NCBI GenBank assembly: GCA_047612305.1
Contig: JBLGAM010000005.1
Location: forward strand, 2,102 to 66,101
From: Planctomycetota bacterium
Lineage (GTDB): Bacteria > Bacteroidota > Bacteroidia > Cytophagales > Cyclobacteriaceae
Length of the DNA stretch: 64,000 nt
Direction of reading: 5' to 3'
In this document: positions 29,121 to 37,520 of the stretch, piece by piece
How positions within the stretch are numbered: the first letter of the stretch is position 1
Layout of the letters: every line of letters starts with the position of its first letter
The notes under the pieces: model-generated
Told to the model about the DNA's origin: nothing
Seen by the model: the letters and a program-made list of their open reading frames with translations, nothing else
Database searches by the model: none
Made by a program: the position numbers and the translations under genes

Positions 29121-29963
29121 ATGGCTTGGTTTAAAAGAACAGATAAAGGGATCAAAACATCTACCGCAGACAAGAAAGATGCTCCTGATGGCCTTTGGTT
29201 TAAAACCCCAAATGGGAGTATTATTCATACCAGAGAATTGAAAAACAATTCCTTTGTCTGCCCCGATGATGAATTTCACGTTAAAATAGGATCAAAGGAA
29301 TACTTTGAAATCCTATTTGATCAAAATATATTCAAGGAATTAGATGCAAACATGACATCTGGCGATCCTCTGAAGTTTACAGACACCAAACCATACGATG
29401 CTCGAATAGTAGCCACAATCGAAAAAACAGCATTGAATGATGCTGTTAGGACTGCAGTAGGCAAAATGAATGGCTTAGATATTGTAGTTTGTTGTATGGA
29501 TTTTAACTTTATCGGAGGATCTATGGGTTCGGTAGTGGGAGAAAAAATTGCGCGGGGTATCGACCATTCGTTGAAAAATAAAATTCCTTTCTTAATGATC
29601 TCCAAATCAGGAGGAGCAAGAATGATGGAAGCGGGCTTTTCTCTTATGCAAATGGCTAAAACCTCTGCTAAGCTCGCCCTGCTTGACCAAGCAGGAATTC
29701 CCTATATTTCGCTTCTTACTGATCCCACAACAGGTGGGGTAACTGCCTCTTATGCGATGCTTGGTGATTTTAATATCGCCGAGCCGGGAGCTTTAATAGG
29801 ATTTGCTGGGCCAAGAGTGATTCGTGAAACAATTGGAAAAGATTTGCCAAAAGGCTTCCAGAGTTCTGAGTTTGTTTTGGAACACGGATTTCTTGATTTC
29901 ATCATCGATAGGAGACAGTTGAAATCTAGGCTGACCACTTTGCTAAACCTCTTGAACAATTAA
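29121..29963 (+). CDS. accD: Acetyl-CoA carboxylase carboxyltransferase beta subunit
   Basis: [25 protein letters not shown]...[23 protein letters not shown]. Confidence 0.97.
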   Translation: MAWFKRTDKGIKTSTADKKDAPDGLWFKTPNGSIIHTRELKNNSFVCPDDEFHVKIGSKEYFEILFDQNIFKELDANMTSGDPLKFTDTKPYDARIVATIEKTALNDAVRTAVGKMNGLDIVVCCMDFNFIGGSMGSVVGEKIARGIDHSLKNKIPFLMISKSGGARMMEAGFSLMQMAKTSAKLALLDQAGIPYISLLTDPTTGGVTASYAMLGDFNIAEPGALIGFAGPRVIRETIGKDLPKGFQSSEFVLEHGFLDFIIDRRQLKSRLTTLLNLLNN

Positions 29964-30040
29964 TCAGTTATTCAATTAGACTTGTTACAAAATGAGTTCA
30001 AATTTGACCAGGAATATGTCCTGTATTAGTGATTTATAAA

Positions 30041-30048
30041 TATATTTG
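30041..30048 (+). promoter_or_regulatory. -7 promoter box for nqrF
   Basis: TATATTTG 49 nt upstream of the ATG. Confidence 0.65.
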
Positions 30049-30097
30049 TGTTCCCATATTGGGGCCAAATTCCTAAGAAAAATTAAACCAAAATTTC

Positions 30098-31402
30098 ATG
30101 GGTTCCGTAATTATTACATCCATTGTAGCTTTTACCGTTATTATACTGCTACTGGTTTTTATTCTCCTCTTTGCACAATCAAAGCTTGTTGCGTCAGGAG
30201 ACGTGAGCATCATTATCAATGGGGACACTAGTTCTCCAATCGTAACTTCTGCCGGAACGACACTTTTGTCGACGCTAGGAGGTCAAAAAATCTTCCTTCC
30301 ATCCGCATGTGGTGGAGGCGGTACTTGCGCAATGTGTAAGTGTATCATTGAAGAGGGCGGTGGAGAAGTGCTTCCGACTGAGATAGGTCACCTGAGCCGT
30401 GCTGAGCAGCAGAGTAATGTTCGATTAGCATGTCAGGTAAAGGTGAAGAACGATATGAAGATTCGTGTTCCAGAAGAAATCTTCGGTATTAAGAAGTGGG
30501 AATGCGAAGTAGTTTCGAATTATAACGTTTCTACTTTTATCAAGGAGTTTAAAGTGAAGCTTCCAGAGGGCGAAACACTTGATTTCGAATCCGGAGGATA
30601 CATTCAAATTGACGTTCCGGCTATTACTGTGAATTTCAAAGGCATGGATATCATTCCTCATCCAGATTTGGGTCACCCTGCTGATGTATACCAAAGTGAT
30701 TGGGATAAATTTGGCCTTTGGAATCTGGTCATGAAAAACGATGAAGAGTTATTCCGAGCGTACTCTATGGCCAACCACCCTGCAGAGGGTAACATCGTAA
30801 TGTTGACTATTCGTATAGCGACTCCACCTTGGGACAGGGCGAATAATAGGTGGATGGATGTCAATCCGGGCGTATGTTCCTCATATGTTTTTGGGAGAAT
30901 GCCAGGTGATAAAGTGATGATTTCTGGTCCTTACGGTGAATTCCATATTAATCCTACCCAAAGAGAAATGATCTATATCGGAGGGGGTGCAGGTATGGCT
31001 CCATTAAGATCACACATATTTCATCTTTTCCATACAGAGAAGACTGATCGAAAAGTTTCTTATTGGTATGGAGGCAGGTCTAAGAAAGAGTTATTCTATA
31101 CTCCTCAATTTAGAGATATTGAAAAAGATTTCCCAAACTTCCAATTCAATATTGGTCTTTCTGAACCTCTTCCTGAAGATAACTGGAAAATTAAAAAATC
31201 AATTGAAGACAAAGAGGCAGATGGTTACGTAGGATTCATTCACCAAGTTCTGTTTGATAATTATTTGAAGAATCATCCAGAGCCAGATGAAGTGGAATAT
31301 TACCTTTGCGGGCCCCCTTTGATGAACGCAGCAGTTTTGAAACTCCTAGATGATCTGGGGATTCCCCAAGAAAATATTCGATTTGACGATTTTGGTGGAT
31401 AA
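30098..31402 (+). CDS. nqrF: Na(+)-translocating NADH:quinone reductase subunit F
   Basis: N-terminal [57 protein letters not shown] end. Confidence 0.98.
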   Translation: MGSVIITSIVAFTVIILLLVFILLFAQSKLVASGDVSIIINGDTSSPIVTSAGTTLLSTLGGQKIFLPSACGGGGTCAMCKCIIEEGGGEVLPTEIGHLSRAEQQSNVRLACQVKVKNDMKIRVPEEIFGIKKWECEVVSNYNVSTFIKEFKVKLPEGETLDFESGGYIQIDVPAITVNFKGMDIIPHPDLGHPADVYQSDWDKFGLWNLVMKNDEELFRAYSMANHPAEGNIVMLTIRIATPPWDRANNRWMDVNPGVCSSYVFGRMPGDKVMISGPYGEFHINPTQREMIYIGGGAGMAPLRSHIFHLFHTEKTDRKVSYWYGGRSKKELFYTPQFRDIEKDFPNFQFNIGLSEPLPEDNWKIKKSIEDKEADGYVGFIHQVLFDNYLKNHPEPDEVEYYLCGPPLMNAAVLKLLDDLGIPQENIRFDDFGG

Positions 31403-31412
31403 TCAAAATAAG

Positions 31413-31435
31413 ATCCCGCTTTGGCGGGATTTTTT
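31413..31435 (+). terminator. Intrinsic terminator after nqrF
   Basis: ATCCCGC-TTTG-GCGGGAT-TTTTT. Confidence 0.88.
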
Positions 31436-31482
31436 ATTTAAGAACCATTTTTGATTATTTTTACTTCACACCTAAATCCAGC

Positions 31483-32634
31483 ATGACCATTCAATCCTAT
31501 TTTGATCCAGTACCTGAATACCTTTGGCAGAAATTTTTTTCAGAGAGTTCATTTTTTAAACAAATCCATTTTTTTGGCGAAGATTTCCCAGACTTGAAAG
31601 GAGTTCAAATTGCCTTGGTAGGGTTAAAAGAAAATAGAGGAGCTTCCAAAATAGAAAGTGCAAACCGAGGTAGCAACGAGATCAGAGAGAAACTCTACGA
31701 GCTTAAAAAAGGACTAGGTTCTTATAGAGTCGCAGATTTAGGAGATTTGATTTCAGGGGAAACTCGGGAAGAAACCTATGATCGAATGAAAGAAGTAGGA
31801 GGGCAATTGATGAAAAATCAAATTCTCCCCATTTATTTCGGAGGGTCACATGATCTTGACTATGGTCAATATCTTTCATATCAGAAGATGAAAAAGTTGG
31901 TCAGTCTTTTGACTGTGGATGCTAAGTTTGATATGGAGGAGAATGGTCCAGCTACGGATCAGCATAGTCAAGATATTATTTTACATCAGCCTAATTTCCT
32001 TTTCTCTTATTCCCATCTCGGCTATCAAAGTTTTTTGGTAGATCCTACATTGATTAACGTTTTGGAAAAGCTGTATTTCGAACATGTGCGTTTAGGTGAG
32101 CTTAGAGCTGAGTTTAAAGAGGTGGAGCCTTTGATAAGAAATGCTGACTTATTGAGTTTTGATCTCAATGCCATTCAATCTGCAGATGCTCCTGGATCGA
32201 TGGATCCACAGCCTTTCGGGCTTACTGCGGAAGAAGCTTGCCAAATTTGTTGGTTTGCAGGTACAAATGAAAAGTTGAGCTCTTTTGGGGTTTATGGCTA
32301 TGAGCCTTATTATGATGATGCCGTCAACAAAACTGCTAAGGTGATTTCTGTGATGATTTGGTACTTCATGGAAGGTTTTTATTCCAGAAAGGACAGTCTG
32401 TCCTTCAAAAGCAGCGAGTACATCAAATACACTGTTTCTTTGGATACAAAGCCAAGTACTTTAGTTTTTTATAAGAGTAAGCGGAGTGGCAAGTGGTGGC
32501 TTGAGGTACCTAGCCAAAATAATGAGCGATTTGATCGGATGAGTACCGTTCCTTGTAGCTATTCAGATTACCAAACTGCTCAAAAAGGGGAAATTCCCGA
32601 GCGATGGATCAATGCTCAGATTAAAATGCTCTAA
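31483..32634 (+). CDS. Ureohydrolase (arginase/formimidoylglutamase)-fold protein with altered metal motifs
   Basis: IREKLY, ADLGD, GGSHD, VDAKFD, SFDLNAI, APG...PFGLT; C-terminal FYKSKRSGKWW...PCSYSDY extension. Confidence 0.85.
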   Translation: MTIQSYFDPVPEYLWQKFFSESSFFKQIHFFGEDFPDLKGVQIALVGLKENRGASKIESANRGSNEIREKLYELKKGLGSYRVADLGDLISGETREETYDRMKEVGGQLMKNQILPIYFGGSHDLDYGQYLSYQKMKKLVSLLTVDAKFDMEENGPATDQHSQDIILHQPNFLFSYSHLGYQSFLVDPTLINVLEKLYFEHVRLGELRAEFKEVEPLIRNADLLSFDLNAIQSADAPGSMDPQPFGLTAEEACQICWFAGTNEKLSSFGVYGYEPYYDDAVNKTAKVISVMIWYFMEGFYSRKDSLSFKSSEYIKYTVSLDTKPSTLVFYKSKRSGKWWLEVPSQNNERFDRMSTVPCSYSDYQTAQKGEIPERWINAQIKML

Positions 32635-32861
32635 TGAAAGTCTACACCAAGCAACAGCTTGCGTTAAGAAACGGGCAAGACAAGCCTGAAATCTGGGTTG
32701 CCTATCGAGGTATAATTTATGATCTAACGGATTCTAGAATGTGGAGAAATGGAAAGCATTATGAACATTGGGCTGGTCAAGACTTGACTGAAGAATTGCC
32801 CGATGCACCACACACTGACAAAGTTTTTGAAAAATTTATTCCAATAGGGCATCTCGCATAG
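32634..32861 (+). CDS. Cytochrome b5-like heme/steroid-binding domain protein
   Basis: NGQD...WVAYRG.IYDLT.S..W.NGKH..H.AGQDLT.EL..APH. Confidence 0.9.
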   Translation: MKVYTKQQLALRNGQDKPEIWVAYRGIIYDLTDSRMWRNGKHYEHWAGQDLTEELPDAPHTDKVFEKFIPIGHLA

Positions 32862-32862
32862 C

Positions 32863-33705
32863 ATGATATTAATTGCAGACAGTGGCTCCAGTAAGACAGA
32901 CTGGAGGGTAATTCATAAGAATGGAAAAGTAAGTCAACACAGAGGGGTAGGATTTAATCCGTATTACCAGACCTCTGAAGAAATGGCTATCCAGATGCGA
33001 GACGATTTTCTGGTCAATCTGGAAAGCGAGATTGAAATAATTTATTACTATGGCGCAGGCTGTTCAAGTCAGGGCCGGAATGATGAAGTGACTTCTGCGT
33101 TGAAAACAATTTTTCCTCGTGCTAAGATTGAGATGGATCATGATCTTTCTGCTGCAGCAAAGGCTACCTGCGGACATAATTCAGGGATTTCATGTATTCT
33201 TGGTACCGGCTCAAATAGCTGTGATTACGATGGGCAAAAGATTGTAGATACGAGACCGGCTCCCGGGTATATCCTGGGTGATGAAGGTGGAGGAGGCTAT
33301 ATCGGGAGGAAATTTCTGAGTGATTTCATCCATGGTGAAATGCCTGAATCGATTAAGAAGGAACTTATAGAAAGATTTGGGTTGACCGCTACGATGATTC
33401 AAGAGCATGTTTATCAAAAGCCTTTTCCTAATCGTTATATGGCTAGTTTCTGTAGGTTTATCACTGAACATAAATCAGATCGGTATTGCTACTTGCTTTA
33501 TTATAATTCATTCCAGGATTTTTTTAAAAAACACGTCATCAAATACCATGACTACCAGAATAAGCAAGTTAATTTTGTTGGATCGATCGCTTATTACAAT
33601 AGTGATATCCTGAGAAAAGCTGCTTATGATAACGAAATAAATGTGAACCTTGTAATTGAAAGTCCTATCGCAGGACTGACGTTATATCATCAAGAAATGC
33701 TATGA
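32863..33705 (+). CDS. BadF-type amino-sugar (GlcNAc/MurNAc) kinase
   Basis: LIADSGSSKTDW, YYGAGC, ILGTGSNSC, GYILGDEGGG, FVGSIA; overlaps murQ start. Confidence 0.9.
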   Translation: MILIADSGSSKTDWRVIHKNGKVSQHRGVGFNPYYQTSEEMAIQMRDDFLVNLESEIEIIYYYGAGCSSQGRNDEVTSALKTIFPRAKIEMDHDLSAAAKATCGHNSGISCILGTGSNSCDYDGQKIVDTRPAPGYILGDEGGGGYIGRKFLSDFIHGEMPESIKKELIERFGLTATMIQEHVYQKPFPNRYMASFCRFITEHKSDRYCYLLYYNSFQDFFKKHVIKYHDYQNKQVNFVGSIAYYNSDILRKAAYDNEINVNLVIESPIAGLTLYHQEML

Positions 33706-34511
33706 GAGTAACCGAAAGCACCTCATTATATGACAATCTCGATCAGATGACCGTCATAGAGTTATTACAAAATATTAATGCGGAGGATCAGAAAGTCCCT
33801 TTGGCTGTTCAACTAGTTATTCCAGTTATTTCTGATTTAGTAGCTGCGATAGTTCCACGAATGGAACGAGGAGGAAGATTGATCTACATTGGTGCAGGGA
33901 CTAGTGGTAGATTAGGCATTTTAGATGCTTCTGAATGTCCGCCTACCTATGGAGTACCTTTCTATTGGGTGATTGGTTTGATAGCGGGTGGAGATCAAGC
34001 CATCCGCAAAGCGGTAGAGAATGCTGAGGATGATGCTGATCAAGCCTGGAAAGACATTCAAGAATATGGTTTCAATGAAGATGACACCGTGATTGGGATT
34101 GCTGCCTCAGGTACAACTCCCTACGTTATTGGAGGTATAAGAATGGCAAGATCGAAGGGCTTGTTGACAGGAAGCATCACTTGCAATCCAAGCTCCCCCC
34201 TTTCGAATGAAGTTGACTTTGCAATTGAGGCGGTTGTAGGTCCGGAATTTGTAACAGGGAGTACTCGAATGAAGGCTGGTACCGCTCAGAAACTAGTCTT
34301 AAATATGATTTCCACAGCAGTCATGATCAAGCTTGGCCGCGTGAAAGGGAATAAAATGGTGGATATGCAATTGTCAAACGCCAAACTGGTTCAGCGTGGC
34401 ATAAATATGATAATGGAAGCTACTGGGTTGGATGAGGGGAGAGCTAAAGAATTACTTCTGAGTGAAGGTTCCGTTCGAAAAGCCACAGCTTATTATTATT
34501 CAAATCTTTAG
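33702..34511 (+). CDS. murQ: N-acetylmuramic acid 6-phosphate etherase
   Basis: GAGTSGRLGILDASECPPTYG, AVENAED, ASGTTPYV, GSTRMKAGTAQK.VLNMIST. Confidence 0.97.
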   Translation: MRVTESTSLYDNLDQMTVIELLQNINAEDQKVPLAVQLVIPVISDLVAAIVPRMERGGRLIYIGAGTSGRLGILDASECPPTYGVPFYWVIGLIAGGDQAIRKAVENAEDDADQAWKDIQEYGFNEDDTVIGIAASGTTPYVIGGIRMARSKGLLTGSITCNPSSPLSNEVDFAIEAVVGPEFVTGSTRMKAGTAQKLVLNMISTAVMIKLGRVKGNKMVDMQLSNAKLVQRGINMIMEATGLDEGRAKELLLSEGSVRKATAYYYSNL

Positions 34512-34557
34512 CTAGGTTTATTTTTGAAGTTGCTGGTTTTTTTCAAGGTATAGCACG

Positions 34558-34565
34558 TATCTTTG
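34558..34565 (+). promoter_or_regulatory. -7 promoter box
   Basis: TATCTTTG-CA upstream of the pseudouridine synthase. Confidence 0.7.
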
Positions 34566-34636
34566 CAGCCCGATTAAGCTTTTGAAAGTCAATTGCTTAT
34601 TTAATAAAAAAAATACAGCAGTGATGCTGCATACTT

Positions 34637-35944
34637 ATGAAAAATAATAATCCGAAAAAGCCTTTTTTCAATAAAGGAAAAAAAGAAACTGCAGACTCAA
34701 AAGGATTCAAAGGTGGCTTCAAGAAAAAATCAACCAATTCAGAATTTGACCTCTCTGAGGGAGAAAAAAAGGGATTTGGAAAGAAATCAATAATTGCAGG
34801 GAAAAAGGACGGCCCAGCAAGAACTTTTGATCAAAAAGAAAATAGATCTGATAATTCTACTTCAAGCGGATCCTCTCAAAAGAAATTTTTTAAAAAATCC
34901 AGTGATACTGATTCAAGAAATCAGAAGTCATCTGCTTTTGGAGCAAACCGTTTTTCATCTGGAAATGAAAAAAGATCTGAAAAACCTTTCAATAAGGATT
35001 TTAAATCTGGAAAACCTACTGGCTCATCGAAGGACGAAGGTAAAGTGTATAAAGGCAGAGGAAAAGATCAACAGCCTATTTATGAGCCTGGAACGCCCGT
35101 TTATAAAAAGGAGAGTAAGGGACCGAAAGGTTTTGGGAAGAATCGATTTGTCGATCAAGACACGAATTTAGATCGTCCCGATTATAAGTTTGATAGCCTT
35201 CCTTCCAAAAAGAAAAAGCTTGAACAGAGCGAAGAAGGACTGATTAGACTCAATAAGTTTATCTCAAATTCTGGAATCTGTGGTCGTCGTGAGGCTGATC
35301 AACTGATCGCTCAGGGCTTGATTACCGTGAATGGAGAAATTTGTACTGAGTTGGGTAGAAAAGTAAAGCGAACAGATCGAGTGGTCTATCAAGGGAGAAA
35401 AATTAATCCGGAGAAGCCAGTTTATGTTTTGCTAAATAAACCGAAAGATTTTATCACTACAACAGAAGATCCAATGGATCGGAAAACTGTGATGAACTTG
35501 GTTGGAAACGCCTGTGAAGAGCGTATTTTCCCAGTCGGTCGACTCGATCGCAATACCACAGGATTACTCTTGTTTACCAATGATGGTGAACTAGCCGCTA
35601 AGCTTTCTCATCCCTCCAATGAAATCAAGAAAATCTACCAAGTCTCGCTTGACAAACCCTTGACCAAAAATGATGAAGAGGCGATTATAAATGGTTTGAC
35701 ACTTGAGGACGGAGCAGTAGCTGTAGATGATTTGCAGGTGTTGTCCTTGGATCGAAAAATCATGGGATTGGAGATTCATGTTGGAAGAAACAGAATCGTA
35801 AGAAGAATTTTTGCACATCTTGGCTATGATGTAACGGCTCTTGACCGGGTGATCTATGCTGGTTTGGATAAAAAAGACCTCAAACGAGGGCATTATAGAT
35901 TCCTTTCGGAGCAAGAAGTAATCAGACTGAAATTCTTTATTTGA
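34637..35944 (+). CDS. RsuA/RluB-family rRNA pseudouridine synthase with long N-terminal extension
   Basis: RLNKFISNSGICGRREAD (S4), LNKPK, PVGRLDRNTTGLLL.TNDG, GRNRIVRR. Confidence 0.95.
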   Translation: MKNNNPKKPFFNKGKKETADSKGFKGGFKKKSTNSEFDLSEGEKKGFGKKSIIAGKKDGPARTFDQKENRSDNSTSSGSSQKKFFKKSSDTDSRNQKSSAFGANRFSSGNEKRSEKPFNKDFKSGKPTGSSKDEGKVYKGRGKDQQPIYEPGTPVYKKESKGPKGFGKNRFVDQDTNLDRPDYKFDSLPSKKKKLEQSEEGLIRLNKFISNSGICGRREADQLIAQGLITVNGEICTELGRKVKRTDRVVYQGRKINPEKPVYVLLNKPKDFITTTEDPMDRKTVMNLVGNACEERIFPVGRLDRNTTGLLLFTNDGELAAKLSHPSNEIKKIYQVSLDKPLTKNDEEAIINGLTLEDGAVAVDDLQVLSLDRKIMGLEIHVGRNRIVRRIFAHLGYDVTALDRVIYAGLDKKDLKRGHYRFLSEQEVIRLKFFI

Positions 35945-35946
35945 TC

Positions 35947-35972
35947 AAAAAGCTCCGAGAGGAGCTTTTTTT
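35947..35972. terminator. Bidirectional terminator
   Basis: AAAAAGCTCC-GAGA-GGAGCTTTTT between convergent genes. Confidence 0.88.
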
Positions 35973-36277
35973 TATACGAATCCTTTCAAGGCTTTTTCCA
36001 AATCTCGTTTGGTAATGACTCCCCCTTTTCGCCAGAGGATTTTTCCTTTTTTAAAGAGGATATAGTGTGGAATAGATCGGACACCAAATTGTTGAGAAAG
36101 CTGTGGCTGTTTATCTACATTAATTTTGAGCAGTTTTATTTCTCCTCCAAGGTGGGAAAGAACTTCTTCAAGGACAGGGTTCATAGTTTGGCATGGGCTA
36201 CACCACTCGGCATAGAAATCTACTAAGATTGGCTCCTGACTTTTTGAAATAATCTCTTTGGTATTTTTCTTTGGCAT
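35972..36277 (-). CDS. trxA: Thioredoxin
   Basis: LVDFYAEWCSPC, KINVD, VRSIP. Confidence 0.9.
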   Translation of the reverse strand: MPKKNTKEIISKSQEPILVDFYAEWCSPCQTMNPVLEEVLSHLGGEIKLLKINVDKQPQLSQQFGVRSIPHYILFKKGKILWRKGGVITKRDLEKALKGFV

Positions 36278-36282
36278 TTTTC

Positions 36283-36320
36283 AAAAAAAAAGGCCTTCTG
36301 ATGAATTTCAGAAGGCTTTT
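36283..36320 (-). terminator. Intrinsic terminator after skp genes
   Basis: Minus strand GCCTTCTGA-AATTCA-TCAGAAGGC-C-T9. Confidence 0.85.
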
Positions 36321-36340
36321 AAATTACTATTTTTTTAGTA

Positions 36341-36886
36341 TTAGTTCCCTACTGGAGGAGCTGGAAGCTTAAGTTCAAGCTTCGCTAGGACCAATTCAGT
36401 GAACTTATCCTGCTCTTTAGTATAAAGAAGGATCGGAGATTGTCCGGCAGTCTCTGCGAAGATATGCGTGTAGTTGTTTTCTGCAGCTACAGCGTTAATT
36501 GCATTTACTACTTTAGCTTGGACAGGCTCAAGTAACTCGCCTAATTTTCGCTGATAAGACACTTGTGCATCTTGCTCATACTTTTGAAGGTCGTTCTGAA
36601 TTTTAGTCAATTCAGCCTCTTTAGCAGTTCTAGCCTCTTCAGTCATGGTCTGTGCCGCCTGCTGATAAGTCTGAACCTGGCGCTGGAAATCAGCTGCCTT
36701 AGTCTGAATGTTCGTTTGCAATTGGGTCTGATAGTCTTGAATATCAGCTCCAATTTGCTCCATTTCTGGCATCAAATCCATTATGAATTCAACATTGGTG
36801 TACCCGATTTTAATCTCTTGCGCCTGAGCGACAAATCCTGCGCAAAGCAATACTACTGCGGAAAGGATAACTTTTACTTTCATCAT
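36341..36886 (-). CDS. skp: OmpH/Skp periplasmic chaperone
   Basis: Signal AQA-Q, KIGYTN.E.I...MPE, coiled coil, AINAVA.ENNYTHIF. Confidence 0.93.
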   Translation of the reverse strand: MMKVKVILSAVVLLCAGFVAQAQEIKIGYTNVEFIMDLMPEMEQIGADIQDYQTQLQTNIQTKAADFQRQVQTYQQAAQTMTEEARTAKEAELTKIQNDLQKYEQDAQVSYQRKLGELLEPVQAKVVNAINAVAAENNYTHIFAETAGQSPILLYTKEQDKFTELVLAKLELKLPAPPVGN

Positions 36887-36898
36887 TTTTTGGTTCTT

Positions 36899-37429
36899 TT
36901 ATTTGTTGTCTTCTATTCCTAATTCTTCCAAAACAAATTCAGAGTAATCATGCCTAGGGTCAGTCCAGATAATTGCAGAAGGATCTGCAGCCTTATCAAA
37001 TAACATCCCCAGATTGTTTCTTCTGGTCACTCGCTCGATCGCATCATAGATTTTCGATTGTAGTGGCTGAAGCAATTCTGCTTGTTTTTGGAAATATTGT
37101 CCATTAATCCCAAAAATCCGACTGTTGAATTCTTGGGATTCCTTTTGTTTTAATTTGATTAGTTCCAGCCTTTGCTGATACATTTCTTCTGTCAATAAAA
37201 CCTCTTCTGCTTTCAAGAGCGTAGATAGGTCTTTAATCTCTTTATCCAAACCCTGTGCCTGTTTTTTCCACTCGGTACTAATATTTTCAAGTTCATCTTG
37301 GACTACTTTATAATCGGGATGCTTATTTAGGATGTATTCAGAATCAATGTAACCTATCTTTTGAGCGGTTATATTACTTGCTGAAAGCATTATGAGCAGT
37401 AAAAATACTATTTTCAGCGATTTATCCAT
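36899..37429 (-). CDS. skp: OmpH/Skp periplasmic chaperone
   Basis: AQKIGYIDSEYIL, LLQPLQ.KIYDAI, FDK; downstream of bamA. Confidence 0.93.
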   Translation of the reverse strand: MDKSLKIVFLLLIMLSASNITAQKIGYIDSEYILNKHPDYKVVQDELENISTEWKKQAQGLDKEIKDLSTLLKAEEVLLTEEMYQQRLELIKLKQKESQEFNSRIFGINGQYFQKQAELLQPLQSKIYDAIERVTRRNNLGMLFDKAADPSAIIWTDPRHDYSEFVLEELGIEDNK

Positions 37430-37520
37430 GCTTATGTTTTGGTTTCTAATTAGGATTTAACTCCAAACGATTCAACATTCAAATTTTGCATATATTAACC
37501 AAAACTTGCTAGAATTGGAC

